This document shows positions 27,979 to 36,071 of a stretch of DNA of 64,000 nucleotides, in pieces (position 1 is the first letter of the stretch; each line of letters opens with the position of its first letter). This stretch comes from Elusimicrobiota bacterium. Lineage in GTDB: Bacteria > Elusimicrobiota > Elusimicrobia > UBA1565 > UBA9628. The notes below the pieces were generated by a model. The model was not told where the DNA came from. It ran no database searches and was given only the letters and a program-made list of their open reading frames with translations. The stretch spans positions 129,306-193,305 of the forward strand of contig JACRDN010000016.1 of NCBI GenBank assembly GCA_016218575.1, read 5' to 3'. Both the position numbers and the translations under genes were made by a program.

Positions 27979-29009
27979 GCTCCATCAAGGTCGGCGTGAT
28001 AGGGGCGGGGCGCATCGGGTCGCACCACGCGCGCATCCTCGGAAAGACCCCCGACGTCGAGCTCGTCGGGATATGCGACACCAATCTGTGGCGGGCCCAA
28101 TTCGTGGCTTGGCAAAGCAACTCCATGGCCGTGCGCGAGCATAAGGACCTCCTGGGGCGGGTGGACGCGGTCGTGATCGCGGTGCCGACCCCCATGCACC
28201 TCGAGGTAGGCCTGGCCGCCCTCGAAAAGGGAATCCATTGCCTCATAGAGAAGCCCCTGGCATCTTCCGTGGAGCAAGCCAGAAAGCTCTTGGACCTGGC
28301 GCAAGCCAAGAAGGTGGTGCTGCAGGTGGGGCACGTGGAGCGCTTCAACCCGGCCGTTCTCGAAGCCATCGGGCACATACGGAACCCGCGTTTCATCACC
28401 GTGGAGCGCCTAGGCCCCTACGACCCCCGCACGAGCCATATCGGGGTGGTGATGGACCTCATGATCCACGACTTAGACATCCTGCTCACCTTGGTGGGCT
28501 CCGAGATCGAGTCTTTGGAGGCGGTGGGAGCCCATGTCCTGGGCGAGCACGAGGACATCGCCAACGTGCGCGTGCGCTTCAAGACCGGCTGCATCGCGGA
28601 TTTGACCGCCAGCCGCATCTCCCTCGAGAAATGCCGCAAGCTCCGGATCTTCCAGCAGGACAGCTATATTTCGCTCGACTACGCCAACACCACCCTCAAG
28701 ATCTATAAGAAGAGGTCTCCAGTCATCAAGAGCCTCAAGGACGTGGAGATATTGAAGCCCAAGCTTTCCGCAGCCGAGCCATTGAGAAGCGAGCACCTTC
28801 ATTGGCTCGACTGCATCCGCCACAACCGCAAGCCCTGGCCGAGCGGGGAGCGGGGCATGGAGGCCTTGAAGCTCGCCCTCCAGATCGCCGACGAGCTCGA
28901 GCGCTACAAGGTAAGCCCCGACAAGCCCGCGCGGTCCATCATACCGAGCTGGGCGCAAGACCTGGGCAAGATCGCCAAGTCCGTGGGCAAGGACATCCTA
29001 AGCGATTGA
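27975..29009 (+). CDS. Gfo/Idh/MocA oxidoreductase, GnnA-like (UDP-GlcNAc 3-dehydrogenase)
   Basis: VGVIGAGRIG, IEKPLA, LQVGHVERFNPA, VVMDLMIHDLD, LTASRIS; located between lpxI and lpxB. Confidence 0.8.
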   Translation: MSSIKVGVIGAGRIGSHHARILGKTPDVELVGICDTNLWRAQFVAWQSNSMAVREHKDLLGRVDAVVIAVPTPMHLEVGLAALEKGIHCLIEKPLASSVEQARKLLDLAQAKKVVLQVGHVERFNPAVLEAIGHIRNPRFITVERLGPYDPRTSHIGVVMDLMIHDLDILLTLVGSEIESLEAVGAHVLGEHEDIANVRVRFKTGCIADLTASRISLEKCRKLRIFQQDSYISLDYANTTLKIYKKRSPVIKSLKDVEILKPKLSAAEPLRSEHLHWLDCIRHNRKPWPSGERGMEALKLALQIADELERYKVSPDKPARSIIPSWAQDLGKIAKSVGKDILSD

Positions 29010-30112
29010 GCCCCAAACGCGTCCTCGTCGTCGCCGGAGACCCCTCGGGAGACCTGCACGCCTCCCACCTGGTCCGGGCCTTGAAGCGCCGCGATCCCGC
29101 TCTTGAAGCCTCCGCCGTGGGCGGAGCGGCCCTCCAGGCGGCCGCGGATGAATTCCTGGAGGACTTGGCCTCTCGGGGAGTGACGGGATTCTGGGAGCCG
29201 GCGAGGCAGCTCCCCTTTCTGGCGAGCTTAAGGCGGCGCTTGAAGGCTTTCATGGCGAAAAAACGTCCCCACGCCCTAATCTGCGTCGACTACTACGGCT
29301 TCAACCGCCGGGTCCTGGGTCTGGCCCGTTCCTTGAATATACCGGCCTACTACTACATCAGCCCCCAGGTCTGGGCCAGCCGCCCGGGCCGGGTCCAAAC
29401 CCTCAAGGCTTTGGTGCGGCGGATGCTGGTGATTTTCCCTTTCGAGGAGGAGCTGTACCGAAAGGCGGGGGTGCCTTGCCTGTTCGTGGGACATCCGCTG
29501 CTGGATCTGATACCAGAACCTAGTCAAGCCGTCATGGAAGTGAATCGCCTCTTTAAAGTCGGCTTGCTTCCCGGAAGCCGTTCTTCCGAGGTCTCTAGGC
29601 ACCTTCCCGTTTTTCTCGACGCCTTCGACGAACTGCGCCGGCGCTTCCCGGCCTCCCGGGCCCTGGTATTCGCCAGCCGGGGGCTTCCCGATTCAGCCTA
29701 TGACTTGGGCAGGCGCGCTGGAGTGGAGCTGGTCAGGGAGTCAGGCTATGAGCTGCGCGCTGGCCTAGACATAGCGCTCACCTCATCAGGCACCGCGACT
29801 TTGGAGAACGCCCTCCTCGGCCTGCCCATGGTGGTGGTCTACAAGATGTCCTGGCCCACCTACGCCCTGGCGCGGCTGCTCGTGCGCGTTCCTTATATCG
29901 CCATGGCCAACCTTTTGGCCGCCAGAGCTTTGGTTCCCGAGCTGATCCAAGGCCAAGCCACCCCCCGGAACGTGGCGGACGCCGCGACCGAAATACTGAG
30001 CAGCCCAGGGCGCCGCGAAGAGATCCGCCGCGCCCTGTTGAGCCTGCGCGGACTCCTGGGCCAAGCGGGAGCGGCCGATAGGGCGGCCGAGAGCATCCTA
30101 GGCGACATCTGA
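29006..30112 (+). CDS. lpxB: Lipid A disaccharide synthase
   Basis: TTG start overlapping upstream TGA; VAGDPSGDLH, YYISPQVWASR, IFPFE, FVGHPL, LLPGSR, SGTATLE. Confidence 0.95.
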   Translation: MSPKRVLVVAGDPSGDLHASHLVRALKRRDPALEASAVGGAALQAAADEFLEDLASRGVTGFWEPARQLPFLASLRRRLKAFMAKKRPHALICVDYYGFNRRVLGLARSLNIPAYYYISPQVWASRPGRVQTLKALVRRMLVIFPFEEELYRKAGVPCLFVGHPLLDLIPEPSQAVMEVNRLFKVGLLPGSRSSEVSRHLPVFLDAFDELRRRFPASRALVFASRGLPDSAYDLGRRAGVELVRESGYELRAGLDIALTSSGTATLENALLGLPMVVVYKMSWPTYALARLLVRVPYIAMANLLAARALVPELIQGQATPRNVADAATEILSSPGRREEIRRALLSLRGLLGQAGAADRAAESILGDI

Positions 30113-31881
30113 TGAGGGCTCTGCGCCGCTTCCTCAAGTACCTCAAGCCCTACCGCAGGCGCTGCGCCTACGCCACCCTCTCCATGTGCGCCGTGGCCCT
30201 CTTCAACGGCACCGCGGTTCTCCTGCTGAAGCCCATCGTGGACAAGGTTTTCATCGCCAAGGACTTCAAGATGCTGCGGCTGGCCGTGCTCGCCGTGCCT
30301 ATCCTCGTCGCCTTGAAGACCGCCGCCTCCTACGCCCAGAACTACCTGATGGGATGGCTCGGCCAGAAGGTGGCGCAGGAGATCCGAGAGGACCTCTTCC
30401 GCCATCTCCACGCCCTGCCCCTGGATTATTTCGCCCGGCACCAAAGCGGGGAGATCTTGGCGCGGGCGACCTCCGACCTCTCCGCCGTGCAGTGGGCCTT
30501 GACCTCGCTTCCGATCTACCTCATCCGGGACTCCATGACCGTGCTCGTTCTCTCGATTTCGCTCGCCTGCCTCGATCTCCACGTCGCCCTGCTCTCCCTT
30601 CTGGGCCTTCCCCTGGTAGTCTTCTTCTCCGTTATCCTGAGCAAAAAGATGCGGTCCGCCAGCCGCCAAAGCCAGGTCATCCTAGAGCACCTGACGCAGA
30701 GATTCCAGGAGAGCGTCCAGGGCATGGACATCATCAAAGCCTTTAATTACGAGGACGGACTCATCGAAAAATTCCAGGACGAGAATCACTCATTCTTCGT
30801 GCCTGTGATGCGCTTCTTGAGGGCCACGGCCCTGGCCGCGCCCCTCATGGAGCTGTGCGGGGGCGTCATCGCGGCCTTGATCTTGTATTTCGGAGGGTCG
30901 GAAGTCATCGAGGGCCGCATGACCCCGGGAGCCTTCTTCGCCTTCCTGGGGGCCTTTTTCGCGGCTTACGCCCCCATCAAGAACCTGGCCCGCTCCAATT
31001 CCGAGCTTCAAAGGGCCTTGGCCTCGGCCGAGAGAATTTTCCAGCTGCTCGATGAGCGCCCCGCCCTCCAGCACTCGGCCAAAACCGCGCCCTTCACCGA
31101 ACTCAAACAGGGAATCCGCTTCGAGAGCGTGAGCTTCCTCTACCCGGGGCGCCAGGAGCGGGCTTTGAGCGACGTCGACATTTTCCTGCCCAAAAACTCC
31201 TGGACGGTCTTGGTCGGCCCGAGCGGCTCGGGGAAAACCACCTTGGGAAGGCTCCTCCTCGGCCTGCAGGAGCCAGCGCGGGGGCGCATTCTGCTGGATG
31301 AGACGCCGCTATCCAGCCTAGACCCCAAGGCCCTTAGGGCCCGTATCGGCTTGGTGAGCCACAACACCCTCTTGTTCAACGCCACCGTCTTCGAGAACAT
31401 CGCCCTGGGACAGGGCGTGGTGACTTTGGGCGAAGTGGAAAGGGTCTGCCGCCTCACCGGAGCCCAGGAGTTCATCGAACGCCTGCCGGAGGGCTACCAG
31501 ACGCGCCTGGGCGAATCTGGGCTGGCGCTTTCCGCCGGGCAAAGGCAAAAAATCGGCCTGGCCAGAGCCCTCATCAAGAATCCGCCGATCCTGATCCTCG
31601 ACGAGGCCACATCCAATCTGGACGCCGCGAGCGAAGCCGAGATATTGGAGACCCTGGAGGCCCTGATCCCGGGACGCACCGCGGTCATGATCTCGCATAA
31701 TCTGCAGAATCTGAGCCGAGCCGACCGCGTTTTGGTCTTCAAGCAGGGCCGCCTGGTGGAGGCCGGGAGCCATGCCAGCCTGTTGGCGCTCGGCGGCTTC
31801 TACCGAAAGCTTTATGAATTCCAGAAGGCGGAGCCCACGGCCCTGCAGTCCCCTCAAGCCTCCGGAGCCGCCCATGCTTAG
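30112..31881 (+). CDS. msbA: Lipid A ABC exporter MsbA-like
   Basis: ABC TM domain, Walker A GPSGSGKT, LSAGQRQ, ILILDEATSNLD; directly follows lpxB. Confidence 0.85.
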   Translation: MRALRRFLKYLKPYRRRCAYATLSMCAVALFNGTAVLLLKPIVDKVFIAKDFKMLRLAVLAVPILVALKTAASYAQNYLMGWLGQKVAQEIREDLFRHLHALPLDYFARHQSGEILARATSDLSAVQWALTSLPIYLIRDSMTVLVLSISLACLDLHVALLSLLGLPLVVFFSVILSKKMRSASRQSQVILEHLTQRFQESVQGMDIIKAFNYEDGLIEKFQDENHSFFVPVMRFLRATALAAPLMELCGGVIAALILYFGGSEVIEGRMTPGAFFAFLGAFFAAYAPIKNLARSNSELQRALASAERIFQLLDERPALQHSAKTAPFTELKQGIRFESVSFLYPGRQERALSDVDIFLPKNSWTVLVGPSGSGKTTLGRLLLGLQEPARGRILLDETPLSSLDPKALRARIGLVSHNTLLFNATVFENIALGQGVVTLGEVERVCRLTGAQEFIERLPEGYQTRLGESGLALSAGQRQKIGLARALIKNPPILILDEATSNLDAASEAEILETLEALIPGRTAVMISHNLQNLSRADRVLVFKQGRLVEAGSHASLLALGGFYRKLYEFQKAEPTALQSPQASGAAHA

Positions 31882-32587
31882 GGTGTTCACAGCGCTCGCC
31901 GTGCTCATGACTTTCGCGGGCGGGCTTCTGCCGTTTTTCAAGGGCCTGCTCTCGCGCCAAGGGATCACTCATCTATTTTGCCTGCGCGCGGGAATTTTGC
32001 TCTCGGTATCGTTCACGGAAATCCTGCCGGAGGCCTGGGCCACCCACCATGCCTGGGGCGGCTGGGGAGCTCTCGGGGCCTTCGTTCTCCTCTTCGTCAT
32101 GGGAAATTTCGCCATGCTCGATTCCTGCCCGGAATATTTGGAGGAATGCCGCGTCCATTACCTGGGCTGGACGGCCCTCCTGGCCCTCTCGACTCACTCG
32201 TTCCTGGACGGCTTCAACCTCGCCGTGGCCTTCTCGGCCGGAGCCAAGGCCGGGCTCGCGGTGGGACTCACCTTGGCGCTGCACAAGCTCGCCGACGGGT
32301 TCACCTTGATCTCGCTTTTCGAAACCAGCGCCTACAGCCGAGCCCAAAGCCTCTTGGGCCTCTCCTGCGTGGCGGGCATGACGCCCTTGGGAGCGCTCTT
32401 GAGCTCCTGGGGATTCGCTGGACTTCCGCGTTCGGCCGAGGCGGGCCTCATGGGATTTGCCGCCGGCTCCTTCATATACATCGCCGCCGCCGACATCCTG
32501 CCCAGGCTCCACAAAAAGAGGGACAAGGCCGGACTCCTCTACTTTAGTCTCGGCATGTTCGGTATGGCGGCCTTGAAGATTCTGTAG
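31874..32587 (+). CDS. ZIP-family divalent metal transporter
   Basis: Start moved to MLRVFTAL; AGILL...EILPEA, HSFLDG, LHKLADG, GSFIYIAAADILP. Confidence 0.88.
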   Translation: MLRVFTALAVLMTFAGGLLPFFKGLLSRQGITHLFCLRAGILLSVSFTEILPEAWATHHAWGGWGALGAFVLLFVMGNFAMLDSCPEYLEECRVHYLGWTALLALSTHSFLDGFNLAVAFSAGAKAGLAVGLTLALHKLADGFTLISLFETSAYSRAQSLLGLSCVAGMTPLGALLSSWGFAGLPRSAEAGLMGFAAGSFIYIAAADILPRLHKKRDKAGLLYFSLGMFGMAALKIL

Positions 32588-32622
32588 CATAATATCGCAG
32601 AGACGGCCCCGGCCGCGCGCCC

Positions 32623-34065
32623 ATGGAAAAAGAAGAGATTCTCAAGCAATTCTCCGCCTATTCTCCCCACGTCGACACGGCCATGCTCGCCAAGGCCTAC
32701 GACTATTCGACCAAGGCACACGCCAACCAGGAGCGAGCCTCCGGAGAGCACTACTTCGTGCATTGCGGGGCGGTGGCCCAGTCCCTCGTGGAATGGAAGA
32801 TGGACCTGCCCACCATCTGCGCCGGGCTTCTCCACGACGTCCTCGAGGACACCCCCGTCACCGCCGAAGCCCTGCGCGCGGAATTCGGAGAGGAGATCAC
32901 CAAAATGGTCGAGGGACTCACCAAGCTCGACCGCCTGCAGTTCTCCTCTCTGGACGACGCCCAGGCGGAGAACTGGCGCAAGATGCTGCTGGCCACCGCC
33001 CAGGACATCCGCGTCATCATGATCAAGCTGGCCGACCGCCTGCACAATATGAAGACCTTGGGGTATTTGAGCCGCGAGAAGCAGGAGCGCATCGCCCACG
33101 AGACGATCTCCCTCTACGCGCCCCTGGCCCACCGCCTCGGCATTTTCAGGCTCAAGGGCCAGCTCGAGGATTTGGCCTTCGCGGCCCTGCACCCCAAGGA
33201 GCACGAAAGCCTGAACGCCAAGGTCAACGCCCAGGTCGCGGCGCGAGAGCTCTCCCTCAGCAGGTTCAAGGAGGCCGTGGGAAAGGCCTTGGTGCCGAGC
33301 AACATACCCCATCGAATCGTCGCCCGCACCAAGAACCTCTACTCGATCTACCACAAGATGCTGCGCCAAGACAAGCCTTTCGAGGAGATACAGGACGCCC
33401 TCGGGGTGCGCATCATCACCGACACCATCGCCAACTGCTACGCCCTCCTGGGACTCGTGCACACCTATTTCAAGCCCGTGGCCGGGAGTTTCACGGACTA
33501 CATATCTCTTCCCAAGATGAACCTTTACCGAAGCCTCCACACCACGGTCATGGGGCCGGGCGGAGAGTTCGTGGAGATACAGATCCGCACCGAGGAGATG
33601 CACCGCACCGCCGAGTACGGAATCGCGGCTCACTGGCGCTACAAGCTGGGCGAGCACTCCAAGGACGTTCATCTCGAGGAGAAGCTCAATTGGCTTCGGC
33701 AATGGATCGAATGGCTGCAGGACTTGAAAAGCCCGCGGGAGTTCCTGGACAGCCTCAAGACCGACCTTGAGTTCAAACAGGTCTTCGTCTTCACTCCGGC
33801 CGGGGAGGTCAAGGTCCTGCCCTCCGGCGCCACCCCGCTCGATTTCGCTTTCGCCGTCCACACCGCCATCGGCGAGGCCTGCGTCGGGGCCCAGGTCAAC
33901 AATAAGATGGTCAAGCTCGACTACCAGCTCAAATCCGGCGACATCTGCCGCATCATCACCAAGAAGGGCTCAGTCCCCAAGAAAGATTGGCTCACCGTCG
34001 TCAAGACCGCGCGGGCCCGCTCCAAGATCCGCCACTACCTGCGCGAGCACGGTATCGTCGTTTAG
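32623..34065 (+). CDS. rel: RelA/SpoT homologue (HD + synthetase + TGS), lacking ZFD/ACT domains
   Basis: RASGEHY, LLHDVLED, IKLADRLHNM, YAPLAHRLG, RTKNLYSIY, YRSLHTT, EIQIRT, AAHWRYK, TGS (TPLDFAFAVHT); ends at 480 aa. Confidence 0.93.
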   Translation: MEKEEILKQFSAYSPHVDTAMLAKAYDYSTKAHANQERASGEHYFVHCGAVAQSLVEWKMDLPTICAGLLHDVLEDTPVTAEALRAEFGEEITKMVEGLTKLDRLQFSSLDDAQAENWRKMLLATAQDIRVIMIKLADRLHNMKTLGYLSREKQERIAHETISLYAPLAHRLGIFRLKGQLEDLAFAALHPKEHESLNAKVNAQVAARELSLSRFKEAVGKALVPSNIPHRIVARTKNLYSIYHKMLRQDKPFEEIQDALGVRIITDTIANCYALLGLVHTYFKPVAGSFTDYISLPKMNLYRSLHTTVMGPGGEFVEIQIRTEEMHRTAEYGIAAHWRYKLGEHSKDVHLEEKLNWLRQWIEWLQDLKSPREFLDSLKTDLEFKQVFVFTPAGEVKVLPSGATPLDFAFAVHTAIGEACVGAQVNNKMVKLDYQLKSGDICRIITKKGSVPKKDWLTVVKTARARSKIRHYLREHGIVV

Positions 34066-34127
34066 ATGCCCTACTTCGCGCAAGCGGTCGCTAGGCGCAA
34101 GACGGTAATACAACCTGCTTAGACGAC

Positions 34128-34164
34128 TTATCCACCAGACTTCGCCACGAAGTTTTGTGGACAA
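34128..34164. repeat. 37-bp imperfect palindrome, copy 2
   Basis: TTATCCACCAGACTTCGCCACGAAGTTTTGTGGACAA, between convergent genes. Confidence 0.8.
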
Positions 34165-34198
34165 TTGGGGCTGCTTATAAGAAGGAGCCGCTCCAGCG

Positions 34199-35848
34199 TT
34201 AAAGTCCCGGCCGCGGGGCGGCGAAAGTCTGCTGCCTCCTCTTTTCGGCTTCCAAGAGCGGCAAGGGGATCTCTCCCAGACGCAGGGCCTCGTTGCGCGC
34301 CGCGTCGTCCTTGGGCAGCCAGTAGCGGTACTCGTGGGCTTTAAGCCATTCAGCCGGGACGAACTCGCGATCCACGAAAAGCAGGGCCCGCCAGTCCCAG
34401 TAGACCAAGGCCCAGCGCTCCCGGGGCATATAGAACAGATACCAGGGCCTAGGGAAGGACTTCCGTCCGCCGCCGGGATAGGCCCGCTCTGTCGGGAATC
34501 TCAGGTCCAGGTTGTAAGTAAGGACCCCGGTGAGCCCCTGCTTCTTTAAATACTCCTGCCAGGTATGCGAGTTCGAGATGGCCCGGGCCTGCTCCAGCAG
34601 TTGGGGATGGAAGATATAACGCCCGTCGCTGAATACCCGGTACCAAGGCCCGAGCTCCCAACCAAGATAGCCTCCCCATTCCCAGGGATTGTAGAGCCTG
34701 AGCCTCTCGATTACCGGCTTTTCCCGCGCCAAGAACCGGGCGGCCTCGACCGGGACATGCCTGTGGCTGAAGAAGGGCTCTGACCATGAGAAATGGGTCA
34801 GAGTCCATACAAGAAACGCCGCGTAGGCGAGAAAGATTTGTGGAAGTATCTTTAATCGCCATTTTTTTGAATGAAGCATGCCGTCGCCGAATTTTACGAT
34901 GAGAAAAGTCGAGGCGATCCCGGAAAATGCGGCCAGGCGCGCGTGAGCCAGGGCGCCCAAGCCCAGATAAAGCGCCGCTAGGGCGGGCCCCCAAGGAAGC
35001 CTCCGGCGCCGTTCTGTCTGCGAGACCGCATGCAAGACCAAACCCGCCGCGGCCGCGAGCAGGACCCAAAAGGGCCAATGCAGGGGGTTCTCAAAGGTCG
35101 TGGGATGCCATTCCTTTATATGCTGAGAGAGAAAGGCCCTCTCCCGCCAATGACGCAGAATCACGAGGTGAGGGCCCCAGCCATAAGGATTGAAAAAGCT
35201 GCCCGCCAGGGCAGCCAGGAAAAAAAATCCCAGTTCTCGCAGGCTATCCCAACGGCGTTGGAAGACTTCAGCCACGGCATACAGCAGGATCAGGACGAGC
35301 CCCAAAGCGAACCCGCCGTGCAGATTAGACCAAAGCGCAAAAGCCGGAAAAAACCAAAACCATGGGTGAGTGTTTCTCCTCTGCGCTTGCGGGAAGTGGC
35401 TTTCAAGCTCCCAAAGGAGCCACGAGAAGAGAAGAATGGAGAAAAGCTCCGGCCGAATGTCCGAGGCCGGGAGCAAAGCTGCGGACCATAGTACCAGGGC
35501 CGCTGCGCGGCCCTGGTAAGAAATGCCATAGGCCTTTAGGGTCTTGTGGAAGAAAAACCACGCTCCAAGAAGGATTCCGGCCTTGGCTAGCCACAGCCCC
35601 CACATTCCCCCGCAAGAACGGCAGAAAAAGAAGAGGATTTGGGAAAGCCACTCAAAATCCGCCCAGGACGCTTGCCCGGCGGTGAAGGAGAGAAAGTCCC
35701 GGGCCGGCCAAGCCCGGTGCTCCAGCATCCAGCGAGCGGCGGAAAAATGCCAGAAGATATCCGGGTTATAGGCGGGAACAATGAAGGCCGGAAGAGCCAG
35801 AAGTGTTGCGACGAGCCAGTATTTCTCCTCTTCTTCAAGAGGAGGCAA
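34199..35848 (-). CDS. Polytopic membrane protein, probable GT-C-fold glycosyltransferase
   Basis: PDIFWHF..AR, FEWLSQ, IRPELFS, LWSNLHGGF, FNPYG, IKEW, YNPWEWGGYL, VFSDGR; many TM helices. Function inferred. Confidence 0.65.
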   Translation of the reverse strand: MPPLEEEEKYWLVATLLALPAFIVPAYNPDIFWHFSAARWMLEHRAWPARDFLSFTAGQASWADFEWLSQILFFFCRSCGGMWGLWLAKAGILLGAWFFFHKTLKAYGISYQGRAAALVLWSAALLPASDIRPELFSILLFSWLLWELESHFPQAQRRNTHPWFWFFPAFALWSNLHGGFALGLVLILLYAVAEVFQRRWDSLRELGFFFLAALAGSFFNPYGWGPHLVILRHWRERAFLSQHIKEWHPTTFENPLHWPFWVLLAAAAGLVLHAVSQTERRRRLPWGPALAALYLGLGALAHARLAAFSGIASTFLIVKFGDGMLHSKKWRLKILPQIFLAYAAFLVWTLTHFSWSEPFFSHRHVPVEAARFLAREKPVIERLRLYNPWEWGGYLGWELGPWYRVFSDGRYIFHPQLLEQARAISNSHTWQEYLKKQGLTGVLTYNLDLRFPTERAYPGGGRKSFPRPWYLFYMPRERWALVYWDWRALLFVDREFVPAEWLKAHEYRYWLPKDDAARNEALRLGEIPLPLLEAEKRRQQTFAAPRPGL

Positions 35849-36043
35849 TTACCGGACCGGGCGAACCGCGCGACCAGACCGGATGCAATCGGTGCAGACG
35901 TAGCCGGTTTGGGTCTTGCCTTCCAGAACGAACTTCTGCCTCTGCAGGTTGGGCCTGAAGGTGCGCTTGGAGGCCTTGTGGGAGTGACTGTAGCTAAATC
36001 CCCCCACGGGCCCCTTGGCGCAGATAGAGCACTTAAATGCCAT
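35849..36043 (-). CDS. rpmB: 50S ribosomal protein L28 (zinc-binding form)
   Basis: MAFKCSICAKG...SHSHKASKRTFRPNLQ...VCTDCIRSG, 64 aa, two CxxC. Confidence 0.95.
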   Translation of the reverse strand: MAFKCSICAKGPVGGFSYSHSHKASKRTFRPNLQRQKFVLEGKTQTGYVCTDCIRSGRAVRPVR

Positions 36044-36071
36044 AAATGCTATTTTAACAAATAGACGGGCC
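36044..36071. promoter_or_regulatory. 28-bp bidirectional promoter region rpmB/recG
   Basis: TGCTATTTT (+) and TGTTAAAAT (-) extended -10-like elements overlap at 36047-36059. Confidence 0.5.

Noticed and set aside
20708..34164. CRISPR repeat interpretation of the 37-bp palindrome
   Set aside because: Two isolated copies about 13 kb apart, with no spacer array and no cas genes.
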